Shown: positions 10,049 to 20,505 of the stretch, in pieces
Position numbering within the stretch: position 1 is the stretch's first letter
How the letters are laid out: each line of letters starts with the position of its first letter
Virus record (IMG/VR): IMGVR_UViG_3300042453_005928
Location: 1 to 59,374 of that record
Reading direction: 5' to 3' (one strand)
Origin: a virus
Lineage: Duplodnaviria; Caudoviricetes
Length of the DNA: 59,374 bases
Made by a program: the position numbers and the translations under genes
Notes under the pieces: model-generated
Told to the model about the DNA's origin: nothing
Databases searched by the model: none
Seen by the model: the letters and a program-made list of their open reading frames with translations, nothing else

Positions 10049-10756
10049 TTATCTTAGCGTAGATTTAATTGTAACAGGTATTTCTGTAACTACACCAGAA
10101 TTTCTACCAACTACCTTGATAAGAGTTGTTATTTCCCTAGTGTCGCAAGTTGTTACTCTTCCATAAGTAGTAAATATTGTTGAAGTTAAGGGCCTTACTT
10201 TCAGAGTAAAATCTACAGTTGGCAGAGTTCCACCATTAACTGTTCTTATTACATACTTAGAAATTTTATTTATGTCTGGTGTTCCTACAGCAGATTGATT
10301 TTGAATTGTTAGGAACATGTCTGGTACATATACATCAAAATTTGTTTCTAGTATGTCTGCATCTATCGATGTTTCACCACCTTGAGGTTGTTGTTCTAAC
10401 CTTATAAACGCTAAAACTGAATCTCCACTTGTTGTAAGTGATACAGAATTTTGTGTTGTTGAAACTAAGTTCAATCTTGGCAAATAAACAAATGGTCGAG
10501 GTGCACTTATCAACCTATATTTCAATCCTATATTTTGATTTGTGAACGCTTCAAATACTGGCGTGTTTTTTTCAATTTTTTCTCTGCCTATCGTTCTACC
10601 ATACTTTTTGATAATTCCATAGTTTATTTCATCATCACCTAACGCAAATTTTGCTATTCTAAATGAACCATCATTTCTAGCTAGCGCTTGTCTTCCGTAA
10701 TCAGTAAGCACTGCATCAAGTATGATATTATTTGTTGAATTATCTAACCAACCCAT
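10049..10756 (-). CDS. Virion structural protein (tail-collar-like N-terminal motif)
   Basis: MGWLDN...ILDAVLTDYGRQALAR...FRIAKFALGDDEINY; strong GGAGG Shine-Dalgarno; AATATCTA motif upstream. Confidence 0.65.
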   Translation of the reverse strand: MGWLDNSTNNIILDAVLTDYGRQALARNDGSFRIAKFALGDDEINYGIIKKYGRTIGREKIEKNTPVFEAFTNQNIGLKYRLISAPRPFVYLPRLNLVSTTQNSVSLTTSGDSVLAFIRLEQQPQGGETSIDADILETNFDVYVPDMFLTIQNQSAVGTPDINKISKYVIRTVNGGTLPTVDFTLKVRPLTSTIFTTYGRVTTCDTREITTLIKVVGRNSGVVTEIPVTIKSTLR

Positions 10757-10820
10757 TTATTTCCTCCGTAACGGTAGCTGTTTACTACAATAGATATTTG
10801 AATTTCTAAATTTGAACATT

Positions 10821-12956
10821 CTATTTTGTTAATTCTTGTGGATCATCAATTGTAATTTTCAATGAATCACTTTTTTGATTTTGCAAATTTATAAATTGTA
10901 TTTTGTAATAAGCATTATCTTGTTTTGTTGAAACCATTCTTTGTACTCTACCATCTAAAAATTCTATCTTAAAGTACTCAGGTACAAAATATACTTTCAT
11001 TTTTGTTGAGTTAAACCCGTTTGTTTTTATTACATCCTTAAAGGCATCAATTTTTACATATAAATTAGGATATGGTTTTGGAGCTCCGGGTGTGCTTATC
11101 AGTTTTTTTATTAGTGTGTTTTTGAAAAAATCAAATGTGACTTCAAACTGAGAACCATAGTTTGAAGACAATCCATGCGCATCAATTGCAACAATTGAGT
11201 ATATGAATTTTGGTGATTTTAAATTAACAGTATCAACAACAAAATCATCATCAATATGAAATAAGATAGGTTGTTCAGAGTACTCAATTAACTGAAGGTT
11301 GCTTTGATCTGTTGTTCTTATGTTACCATCTATTGTTTCTCCAGTTCGATATTTTAAAGCAGAATAGTCAAAACACTTTTGTGATATTAGTTCGAACGGT
11401 TCTTCAATAGAAGATCTTCTAAACACTTGAAATTGTTTTATATCTCTTTGTGAATTTACTGGCATTCCCCAATAAACTTGCAATTTGCTATTTTTATAAT
11501 CCCAAACAAAATTTAAATCAACAGGCGGAGGAGGTGGAACGTACTCAAAAGTTTTTACAACTGTTTTTACAGGTTTAGAACCTATAAAATATGCAATTTC
11601 CCTAATTTCATCAGATTCTTCATCAAATCCAGTTGTTACAATCCTAAGAACACTTCTGATAGAATAACTATAAATCTTTCCAAAAAGAATGTTCGTATCA
11701 ACAAAATCACTTACATACGGACTTTCTACTGTAAACGTTTTTTCGTGTTTATATCCGTCTGCAGTTTGTATATGTTTTTCAATTATATAACCAACTATTC
11801 CAGCACTGCTATTGAAAGAATCAGGATTTTGTACAATCGGTCCAATATAAGCTGGTTGTGAATAAACATCATCAAAATCTCCGATGTATTTACCTGATTC
11901 TAAGTAAGACTTGTTTATGCTTTTTATTTCATTTTTTGAAAGCATTGAAGATGACAAAAAAATGTCTACTCCAATAAATTGGTTTAACTGAATGTTTATT
12001 GGATTTTTATCCAATGTAGATTTTATTGCTTCATAACCAAGTTTTGATTTTATAAGTGTGTTATCTTTATCATAAAAAGAAATTCCACTAAACCTTATAT
12101 TGTTGTTTGCTATGTCTTCAATATTTTTTACAGCAACGTAAGAATCTTTATTTGTTTTATTTAAATTTTTTTGATCATAACTTGAATAACCGCTTAATAA
12201 ATCTTTATTAAAACTATCAACCAAGTTAGACAAGCTCAACCCTAATTTTTTGTTTCCTTGCAATTGAAATTTGTTTTGTCTTGCAAGTTCTGATATTGAA
12301 CCTGGATTTAAACTTGGGTTATCTGTTCTAATCGGTTTATAATTTTGTTGAATTGTTTGTATTCTAGGTTTTCCTGAAAAAGTTGATGAAAATATATCTG
12401 TTTTTGAATTTAAATTTAATGTTGTTATACCCCTTGTAATTGCAGAGTTGATAGTCTGAATACCTACCATATCCATTATATCTGTAACATTGACTACGGG
12501 GGCTTTAGTAATTTCTGAATTTGCAACTTTTATAGCATCAAAGCTTGCAAGCGAATGTGAAGAATACTTTGATTGTAAAAAAGACTCTTCAGTTTGAACT
12601 TTTTCTAAGTTTGCTTCTATTGAAATACCGGAATCATTTGCAGAAAGAGGTGTTGTTGGAGCAATTAATCCTGAAGGTAAATCCCATGTAAGCTTTACAT
12701 ATCTTGGTATTCTAATTGAAAAATCTACAACATCGGTATTTATCTGTTCTACAGATTTTCTTACTAGGTGATCAGGTATTGTTGGACTTTCGTTTACTCT
12801 TTCATCTGCAACGTAATAGTTGTACTTAAATTCAGACTCAAAACCAAAAACTTTTGGTAAATTCATTGAAATAACTGGAGCTGATGGCTTAGAAAAGCTA
12901 GCATCATCTTCTTCAGGTCTAAAAGTTTCTTGTGATTCAACGTCTATACATGTCAT
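10821..12956 (-). CDS. Putative structural protein with fibronectin-III-like domains
   Basis: 711 aa. Fn3-like patterns (GYIIEK...FVD..I..GKIYSYSIRSV; PPPPVDLNF.W...LQVYW..P...FQVFRR...YSIVAIDAHG); lies in the structural operon. Confidence 0.5.
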   Translation of the reverse strand: MTCIDVESQETFRPEEDDASFSKPSAPVISMNLPKVFGFESEFKYNYYVADERVNESPTIPDHLVRKSVEQINTDVVDFSIRIPRYVKLTWDLPSGLIAPTTPLSANDSGISIEANLEKVQTEESFLQSKYSSHSLASFDAIKVANSEITKAPVVNVTDIMDMVGIQTINSAITRGITTLNLNSKTDIFSSTFSGKPRIQTIQQNYKPIRTDNPSLNPGSISELARQNKFQLQGNKKLGLSLSNLVDSFNKDLLSGYSSYDQKNLNKTNKDSYVAVKNIEDIANNNIRFSGISFYDKDNTLIKSKLGYEAIKSTLDKNPINIQLNQFIGVDIFLSSSMLSKNEIKSINKSYLESGKYIGDFDDVYSQPAYIGPIVQNPDSFNSSAGIVGYIIEKHIQTADGYKHEKTFTVESPYVSDFVDTNILFGKIYSYSIRSVLRIVTTGFDEESDEIREIAYFIGSKPVKTVVKTFEYVPPPPPVDLNFVWDYKNSKLQVYWGMPVNSQRDIKQFQVFRRSSIEEPFELISQKCFDYSALKYRTGETIDGNIRTTDQSNLQLIEYSEQPILFHIDDDFVVDTVNLKSPKFIYSIVAIDAHGLSSNYGSQFEVTFDFFKNTLIKKLISTPGAPKPYPNLYVKIDAFKDVIKTNGFNSTKMKVYFVPEYFKIEFLDGRVQRMVSTKQDNAYYKIQFINLQNQKSDSLKITIDDPQELTK

Positions 12957-15900
12957 GATGCGTTACTTCCTTCAAAACTTTTAACTAAAACATAGTATTT
13001 GTCAAAGGTCGGTTCACTAGGTTCATTAACACTTAGATCTTTTATAGTCTTGTCTCCCGTTAAGTATTTTGACAACACACTTTGCGGTGTAGACTCATCA
13101 ACCTCAAAATCATCTGGGTCCATAATAACATTGAAAACTCTATCAAATTTTCTAGGCATTATCAAATTTTTTATTTCTTCGTATGGATCAATTACATCTA
13201 TTGCTTTATCATTAAAAAGTTGTGTTAACCTTTGTTGAATTGGCGCTAATTCAAATTCCCCCACAAACCTACTTTCAAAATTTGAACGAGTGTTTATAGA
13301 TAATTCTCCATATTTGATGTATCTATGTTCATCAAAGGGTAAGTCAGTCACAAATCTCAAATATTCTTCTAACAAAAAACTTTTTGAATGATTTTCAAAA
13401 AGTTTTACGAAGTCTTTATCATCTAAAAATGGATAATCTTCACTTTTTATATAAGACTTTTCATCAGGTGTTATCAATTGAAATTGATATTCATCTTTAC
13501 TTTTATAATGTGGTATGAACCCAACAACATCTGTGGTATTTGCGAATTGGTATGGCGAATTAATTAGATTACTATTTACGTTTTCCAAGATTATATTTGG
13601 GTCAGAAAGGTTGGTATCTACACTGATTGCCCCCTCTCCAGAGATATCAAAACCACTTTTTTTATAATTACCAAGAATCCTAGTTGGGAATAATTTTAGA
13701 TCAAACAAAAATGTCAATGGCTTATAAATTACTTCAGGTAAAAAAGTATTAATTCTATAAATACATAATTGAATTATGCTATTTCTTTTTGCTAATCCAC
13801 TAAGTCCCGCAGAGTTAACTCTCATTCTTCTATGTAATTTTTGAGGTATTCCTATTGACATTATTTTTTTATTTGCGCCTGTGTCTCCTAAAAGCTCACC
13901 TCTTTTTAAGAAATCTTTTAAAAATAGATTCCAAGCAATTGCATGAACATCTTCAACAGGAACCATATTTTCAATTTTTTTCTCTTTAAAATTTAAGAAA
14001 TAAGGTGTAACTTCTTTTAGAGGGCTTTCATAATCACTTTTCAATCTTTCAACATAATCTTGCATCTTATTTCTTACTAAAAGTAACTGTTCTTCAGAAA
14101 ATGCTGCCCTAGTAAGTGTAGGATTTGCAATTTGCCTGGAAATCATTGTTAAGGTTCTACCATATTGTCCTGATTTCAATTGCAAATTGTTCTTTAGTTG
14201 TAAAAATTCACTTCTTAAAGAATAAACAAATGAATAGAATTTATCAATATATTTTGATAGTTTTGAGTTGTAACTACCTAAAAGATTTTCAGCTTTTACC
14301 ATTATGTCATCGTAATGAAGTGCAACTAATCCTGAATTAGATTCTTTATCCGTAATATTGAATTTTTTACTTAAGTTTTTATTATCAAAAACCTTAAAAC
14401 CACCTTGAATAGAATTAGGAAGTTCAAATATTGAAATTTTTGTTTTTTCTAAAGATCTTATCCTAGAGTTTTTTAGATTTATTTTCTTTATGACACCGTT
14501 ATACATGTTTACTTGAGGATCAAAATCGATGATTTTTTGTGCACCTAAATTTATTTTTTCATTCATACTAATGGATTGATAACCTTCAACGTTATTCTCT
14601 AACAACGTAAATTTTGACAATCCTTGCTTTATTTGATCAGAAGTTAGAAATATTCCTATGACTGCGTTTTTTACTTTTATAATTCCAATTTTATCACTAG
14701 CATCATATGCATTGTTTGGCTTTCTAATGTTAGTAAGTCTTTCAGGATTTGCAGCATGAATCATCAAAAAACACAGCTTAAAAATTGAACTAAGATATAA
14801 TGTTTTTTGCACGCCAGAATATGCTGATTTTTTATCTAAGGGTATGTTTAACTGCCTAACTAAAGCCCTATCTTGTCCTAATGAATTTGCGTTTCTTGTT
14901 TGGTCTAAAAAAAACCTGCCGTTGGTTCTAGAAGCTGGATCATTGGTTTCAAAATTACTGTCAAATTCTAGTATTAGTTGTCCAATTTTATTTAAAATTG
15001 ATAATGACTGTGAATCCTGAGGCGACATAAGTGCATCTCTTATTGCATCAATGCTAACAGAGGCTTCAGTATTTAATTTAAATCTTGGATTAACTGTGTT
15101 TGCACTAAGTAACTTGTGTATTCTTTGAATTATTTGATCTATTATTTTTCCTTTTACTGTTGCATTAGCTGGATTTATTGCTGGGAATCCTTCAAATTTT
15201 AGACCAGAATAAGTGCTTGAAGTAGATGCGTAAATTTGGTGTAAAAATAAAAGTGCCTGTAATTCCGGATCATCTTTATCGATTGCAAGAGAAATCAAAA
15301 GTGAACTAACATCTTTTTCTACATCATTAGAGTTTTTGTTTGTCCAAAGTTTAGGACCAGGCTGTCTTCTAACTAACCCAGAACCATTTAGAATATTTTC
15401 TTCAATATATCTCAATAACTTTATTGGACTTGATAAAGAATCTAACACGGTCTTTTGTTTTGGCAATCTAGAATTTTTTAGAATGCTGTAACTTTTTGCA
15501 CTTGTTAAGTTAGACTGTAGATTTTTTATATCAACATTTTTTTCTTTTGAATCAGTTACTTTTGCTTGTATCGTTGAGTATGGAGATTCTTCTTTAAAAA
15601 GAAGATCATCCTTAACCATCTTCAACATCCTTGTAGCAGAATTTAGTCTTGTTAGGTATCTATTTACTCTAGTAAGATCAAATCCATTGTTGACTGTATT
15701 TATAGAACTTTCTAAATAGTAAAATGTTCCAGGGGTTATTATAGCATTTGGTCTAACTGTTCCAACGTTGTCATAAATGTATCTATCTTCAAATGAAAGA
15801 ACCTCTGTTGCGTCTGGTTCTACTGTCTGTGAGAGACTAACAAGTGATTTACCTCCTCCCAAAGGAGAAGGTAATATCTCTGTTATATCAGATCCAACAT

Positions 15901-17005
15901 TCCCTATTAAGTGATTCCATATATTGATATTTTTACCATTAAAGTTATACGGATAACCATAATCAGTTAAGATATCTGCCTTCATTTGCGTAGAATACAC
16001 ATATTCTTTGCAAATAGTATGACTAATTTTTGCAATTGATTCATCTAAATTAGAAGTGTCAGAAAAAACTTTTTCATTAAAAATAGATGTTGAACTAAAA
16101 GCATTAGTCATAACAAGTTTGACCATTTCAATTGATTCCGAGTCATTTCTTGTTAGCGTACTTATTGGATACACATTCACTTGTTTTTCACTGAATGCAA
16201 ACTTTTTTATAAATGATGTTTTTGGTGCAACAAGAGTGTATGGATCATAATAAGATTCATTTGATGAATTTACGCTAAGCACATTTCCATCAGAAAGAAA
16301 TGTTTGTATCATTCCATTTGCTAAAACCTCTTTTAACTCAAGACAACATTGTAACCATAACTTAGTTGGAGTCCACTTAGAAATATTTTGCAATGAATCA
16401 TGCAGTATTTCCTCTATTGATAGTGGCAAAAAGTTTGAATAAGTTGCAGGTGAAGATGAATTTAGGTCAGAATTTGGTGGTATTGCTCCAATTTGCCTTA
16501 ATGTATCAATATCAATATCATTTCTAAAATCTAGCTTTTTTCTTAGTTTAGAAAAATGTAATAACAGCTCGTCTATTCCTTTTGAATGTTGCTCACAATA
16601 ATCTAATATGATATTTTTTATATCAACGTATTGATCAAAATTTGGTGATTTAACGCTTTTCTTAACTTTAGAGGTTATGTTTATCAGGTGAGCATTTTGC
16701 TTTTTTTCTAAAAAGTTACCGTAATCATTCATATCACCATTTCTATCGTAGGCTGGGATAAAGTTAGAGAATGCAATAATTTCAGGACTGTTACTTATTA
16801 TTCCCGTTGTAGTATCAAACGGTTCTACTTTTCTTTGCTGATTTATCTGAGGTAATTTAAAGTTCTCGTCTAGAACTTTTCTAGAAACTTCATATGTTGA
16901 GTTAGAAGGAAGAACGGCGTCATAAGATTCAAACTTATGTGCAACACCATCAACGGGTTGTGCAGAAACATTTCCATGATTGAAAACTTTAGACTTTAGA
17001 AACAT
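12953..17005 (-). CDS. Large hypothetical protein (structural operon)
   Basis: 1350 aa uninterrupted ORF, translationally coupled to both neighbours; no motif recognised. Confidence 0.5.
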   Translation of the reverse strand: MFLKSKVFNHGNVSAQPVDGVAHKFESYDAVLPSNSTYEVSRKVLDENFKLPQINQQRKVEPFDTTTGIISNSPEIIAFSNFIPAYDRNGDMNDYGNFLEKKQNAHLINITSKVKKSVKSPNFDQYVDIKNIILDYCEQHSKGIDELLLHFSKLRKKLDFRNDIDIDTLRQIGAIPPNSDLNSSSPATYSNFLPLSIEEILHDSLQNISKWTPTKLWLQCCLELKEVLANGMIQTFLSDGNVLSVNSSNESYYDPYTLVAPKTSFIKKFAFSEKQVNVYPISTLTRNDSESIEMVKLVMTNAFSSTSIFNEKVFSDTSNLDESIAKISHTICKEYVYSTQMKADILTDYGYPYNFNGKNINIWNHLIGNVGSDITEILPSPLGGGKSLVSLSQTVEPDATEVLSFEDRYIYDNVGTVRPNAIITPGTFYYLESSINTVNNGFDLTRVNRYLTRLNSATRMLKMVKDDLLFKEESPYSTIQAKVTDSKEKNVDIKNLQSNLTSAKSYSILKNSRLPKQKTVLDSLSSPIKLLRYIEENILNGSGLVRRQPGPKLWTNKNSNDVEKDVSSLLISLAIDKDDPELQALLFLHQIYASTSSTYSGLKFEGFPAINPANATVKGKIIDQIIQRIHKLLSANTVNPRFKLNTEASVSIDAIRDALMSPQDSQSLSILNKIGQLILEFDSNFETNDPASRTNGRFFLDQTRNANSLGQDRALVRQLNIPLDKKSAYSGVQKTLYLSSIFKLCFLMIHAANPERLTNIRKPNNAYDASDKIGIIKVKNAVIGIFLTSDQIKQGLSKFTLLENNVEGYQSISMNEKINLGAQKIIDFDPQVNMYNGVIKKINLKNSRIRSLEKTKISIFELPNSIQGGFKVFDNKNLSKKFNITDKESNSGLVALHYDDIMVKAENLLGSYNSKLSKYIDKFYSFVYSLRSEFLQLKNNLQLKSGQYGRTLTMISRQIANPTLTRAAFSEEQLLLVRNKMQDYVERLKSDYESPLKEVTPYFLNFKEKKIENMVPVEDVHAIAWNLFLKDFLKRGELLGDTGANKKIMSIGIPQKLHRRMRVNSAGLSGLAKRNSIIQLCIYRINTFLPEVIYKPLTFLFDLKLFPTRILGNYKKSGFDISGEGAISVDTNLSDPNIILENVNSNLINSPYQFANTTDVVGFIPHYKSKDEYQFQLITPDEKSYIKSEDYPFLDDKDFVKLFENHSKSFLLEEYLRFVTDLPFDEHRYIKYGELSINTRSNFESRFVGEFELAPIQQRLTQLFNDKAIDVIDPYEEIKNLIMPRKFDRVFNVIMDPDDFEVDESTPQSVLSKYLTGDKTIKDLSVNEPSEPTFDKYYVLVKSFEGSNAS

Positions 17006-19431
17006 TATATCTCCGAAATTTGTTGCTTGAAATCTAACTCAGCAGGATCAACAATAATAGTGTTTGCCTTTATTGCATTTCCAACAGAAAAGTCATACAT
17101 AACTGGTACGACATAATAAATAACTGTGCCAACGTCATCATTACCAAGTATATCAAAGACTTCCTGTCCAGTAACTGCACCAATAAATCTTCTTACACCT
17201 GCAACTTCTTTCATTATAACAAAATGATCAAACTCATCATCACTTCCCTCAAACTGCCAAGAAACTCTTACTTTGTTTAAGTCAATTCTTTCCGCAGATA
17301 AGGAGTTTGTAAAAGCTGATTTTTTTATTCCAGAAAGAAGATATTTTGCTGTTACACCAATTTCTCCATCTTCATTAAATTTTTTTGTTAGTAAATTATT
17401 AAATTCATCAACCGCAGGGATCGTACCATCATCTAAAACAGCAGGTTGCCTCCATTTAAAAGGTTTGTAGTAATAAATTCTTGGTGAAGCTTTTCCTGAC
17501 GTTGGTGGTACAACAACTTTTTGTACAAAATTTTTAGTAAGTGAAAGAGGATTTCTTATAAAAGTTCTAACTTCATAAAGGTAATCAGCACCTGGGTCTA
17601 TATCTTCTATTGCTCCCTTACTTCTATTCAAAATATCATCTGCTAAAGATTGAGTTCCTTTTATAGAATTAAAACTTTCATTTATGTCCAATTCCTCAAA
17701 GTATTCTTTTCTTCCTGTTTTTAGATTAGTTCTAACTACTTTATGATAAAATAGATTACTGAATTTATCAGAGACCTCTAGGGAATTTAAAGAATCTACT
17801 AGGACTTTAGGTGCACCAATTTGATCAAGCAAACTTCTTACTTTGTCATCTTGTGTATTGTCAATTTTTGTTTCTATATTAAATCTAAATGATGTTTTTC
17901 CTTCATTCACAGAAATAACAGGTTCAGTTATTGAAACATTAAAATCTACATTTTTCAATTTTTTATAGTGATGGTGTGTGTAACCAGAATGTCTTACTTC
18001 CCCTGTTTCAGTTTTATATTCAAGAATGTATTCGCATATTTCACCATTCACAACGCTCTGATCTAAGACTAAAGTTGACTCACCATCAAAATCTCTAAAT
18101 GGAACTACAACAACTTTTTCGTTAAATGATGAACCATTCCAAACTTTTTTACATACTTGAAATTGTCTAGCAAAGTTTGGCGGATATTTTACGTTAATTT
18201 CTACGCCGTCTGAATTACCGATTTTATCTGTTACTACCATGGTTAGAGTGTCTATGTATGGAAGTTTTCCCATTACAACACCACTTACTTTGGGATTAAT
18301 AATAGTTGAATCAGAATCCCCAGAAATACACTTAAAAATTGCAAACTTATTATCTTGCAAAGGTTCAGTTATTGAACAAGAACTTTCTTGTAAAACATAA
18401 TCCTCTAAAGCTGCAGAGTACTTACTACATACACCATTATTGGTAACTTCTTTCTTAAGAATTTTTACATAATTTGAAAGAGGATCATTCTGGTGTGCTT
18501 CAACTTCTTCATTATTTACTGTGATATTTGGTGATATGAGTGGTATTCTAAAAAATTTCAAATGTTTTTCTACATTTAATAGTTTTACTTGTCTTTCTAT
18601 CGGAACTTCACTTCTAATCAATCTAAGTCTTTTTCTTTCAAATTTATATGTTTCAAAATGTATTTCTAAACTTGAATTAACCAAATTTTTTGGAATATCG
18701 ACAAAAGTTCTTATAGAAATTTTATCATAAAAAACTTTCTTTTTTATTGGTACATAATAAGCTTTTTCTTTTTGTACTGTCTGTAAGCAATCATTTAGAA
18801 AATAATTTCTAAGTAAATTTACTTTTTCTATTGTTGGAAATTTTTCCTCTGTATCTACTGCTGAAATAGGATGCAACTTATGCATTGATATCAAATCAAA
18901 GTTTAACTTTTTTACGTCACCTTGATCTAATAAAGAAAATTCTTTTAACAGATTATTACTTTTCAAGTCTTGAATTTCTAAACTATCTTTTATAGTGTAT
19001 AACTCATTTATATCTGTTGGTTTTATACCTCTTAAAATTTGTGTAGAAACAGTTGGTAAAATATAGTTTTGTAAGTTTATAGTTGCTTCTGCGATTATGC
19101 TATTTTGTTTTGCAATTGCTTTTTTCACTTGTCTTTTATGTTTACACAATATGTTATGCATTTCATAAAGACCAGCTTGATTCAATACTTCTTTTTTCTT
19201 TAACGGAAGTGTACCAAGAACTTTTATATTTGAATTTTTCTCTATAACAACGTTTGGATTTATGCATTTAATCACAACTTTGCTTAGTGCTTTCAACACA
19301 ATTGAAGTTTGTTTTACCCTAAAAACAAATTGAAATTTATAATTGCTTTCATCTTCACTGACTAAAGTAGCAAAGTAAGGTAAAACTTCAATAGTATTTC
19401 TCAATTTATTAGCAAATGAAATTGATTGCAT
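17005..19431 (-). CDS. Putative structural protein with Ig/Fn3-like beta domains
   Basis: 808 aa. C-terminal VRVSWQF...FDHFVI...YYVVPV..DF Fn3-like pattern; operon context. Confidence 0.45.
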   Translation of the reverse strand: MQSISFANKLRNTIEVLPYFATLVSEDESNYKFQFVFRVKQTSIVLKALSKVVIKCINPNVVIEKNSNIKVLGTLPLKKKEVLNQAGLYEMHNILCKHKRQVKKAIAKQNSIIAEATINLQNYILPTVSTQILRGIKPTDINELYTIKDSLEIQDLKSNNLLKEFSLLDQGDVKKLNFDLISMHKLHPISAVDTEEKFPTIEKVNLLRNYFLNDCLQTVQKEKAYYVPIKKKVFYDKISIRTFVDIPKNLVNSSLEIHFETYKFERKRLRLIRSEVPIERQVKLLNVEKHLKFFRIPLISPNITVNNEEVEAHQNDPLSNYVKILKKEVTNNGVCSKYSAALEDYVLQESSCSITEPLQDNKFAIFKCISGDSDSTIINPKVSGVVMGKLPYIDTLTMVVTDKIGNSDGVEINVKYPPNFARQFQVCKKVWNGSSFNEKVVVVPFRDFDGESTLVLDQSVVNGEICEYILEYKTETGEVRHSGYTHHHYKKLKNVDFNVSITEPVISVNEGKTSFRFNIETKIDNTQDDKVRSLLDQIGAPKVLVDSLNSLEVSDKFSNLFYHKVVRTNLKTGRKEYFEELDINESFNSIKGTQSLADDILNRSKGAIEDIDPGADYLYEVRTFIRNPLSLTKNFVQKVVVPPTSGKASPRIYYYKPFKWRQPAVLDDGTIPAVDEFNNLLTKKFNEDGEIGVTAKYLLSGIKKSAFTNSLSAERIDLNKVRVSWQFEGSDDEFDHFVIMKEVAGVRRFIGAVTGQEVFDILGNDDVGTVIYYVVPVMYDFSVGNAIKANTIIVDPAELDFKQQISEI

Positions 19432-19442
19432 AAATTACTCCA

Positions 19443-20456
19443 CTAAAAATCCTCTTCGCTAGATCCAAAAACTAGGGTAAACAAATGTATGAAACTATCA
19501 GAACCATTATCATCATTTATCAGCTTACCAATAAAGAAAACATGATGTGATGCTACCTTAATATTTTGAGAATTATTATAGACTCTCCCATAATCAATTA
19601 CGTCAAGTTTTCTAGCCTCATTATCAGTAATTTCAAAAAATTGAGCAATGATATCATTATCTCTTGACGTAGGATCAAAATAAATTGTTTTTGAATCTTT
19701 TTCATATGATTTTAGTTCAAGATTAATGTCTGAAAATGTTAGTGGCTCTATTTGACCCCATGGAGGATAGTTACCGAGAGCATATCCCCTGTTTGATAGA
19801 TCAATCAAATTAGTTTTATCAACTAATTCACCGTTACTAATTTTTCTAATTGGTGGCAACCATCTAAAGTTTATAAGATTTCTTAGTTTTTCATCATTAA
19901 AAAGTGAATCAACTAACGTTGAGTGAGTTGGCAAAACCATTTGAAGATTTTCTGAATTAGGTCTTATTTCAAAATTTACTTCATTTTTGCTAAGAGCGAA
20001 ATCATCATCATCAAAAAGCCTGTCTATTGTTGAAATAACTTGTAACTTTTTAAAGTTATCAACTGAAGAAGTTAGTATTCCTTCAATTTGAGAAGCAAAC
20101 TCAGACCCTGAAATTATTGTTTCTGTGAACGTACCTGAAACATAATTTGTTTCTATTTTTTTTAACTTTCCAGAAAGAAGTTTTTTATTTTGTGAGAATA
20201 CTTCGTTAAATGGAGTTAGCCTGCCAGAATCATCTGCCTCAAATACTATTTGATCATGAGGAACATTATGAGCCTCTAAATATATTTTTTTAGTTGGATC
20301 AACATGTCCCTCTTTTGAATCTGGTTCATAAACAACATGAGAATCGGTAAAAGTTGCATAGTTAATACTAAAGGTTCCTTCAGCTAGTTGCCTTTTTCCT
20401 TCATAGGTTATGATGGCATCAATGACCCTAGATTTATTATCAAGAATTCCACTCAT
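19443..20456 (-). CDS. Virion structural protein, N-terminus paralogous to 10049..10756
   Basis: MSGILDNKSRVIDAIITYEGKRQLAEG.F.I.Y..F.D..V.Y aligns with the N-terminus of the 235 aa ORF. ATG at 20456 preferred. Confidence 0.55.
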   Translation of the reverse strand: MSGILDNKSRVIDAIITYEGKRQLAEGTFSINYATFTDSHVVYEPDSKEGHVDPTKKIYLEAHNVPHDQIVFEADDSGRLTPFNEVFSQNKKLLSGKLKKIETNYVSGTFTETIISGSEFASQIEGILTSSVDNFKKLQVISTIDRLFDDDDFALSKNEVNFEIRPNSENLQMVLPTHSTLVDSLFNDEKLRNLINFRWLPPIRKISNGELVDKTNLIDLSNRGYALGNYPPWGQIEPLTFSDINLELKSYEKDSKTIYFDPTSRDNDIIAQFFEITDNEARKLDVIDYGRVYNNSQNIKVASHHVFFIGKLINDDNGSDSFIHLFTLVFGSSEEDF

Positions 20457-20505
20457 GGTTTTCCAATACAAATATTCATGATTTTATAAAACTAGCCCAA
20501 GATTA

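Noticed and set aside
10757-10800. Small inverted repeats near the GGAGG site of the 235 aa structural gene, considered as a translational operator
   Set aside because: The stems are only about 4 bp, too weak to distinguish from chance.
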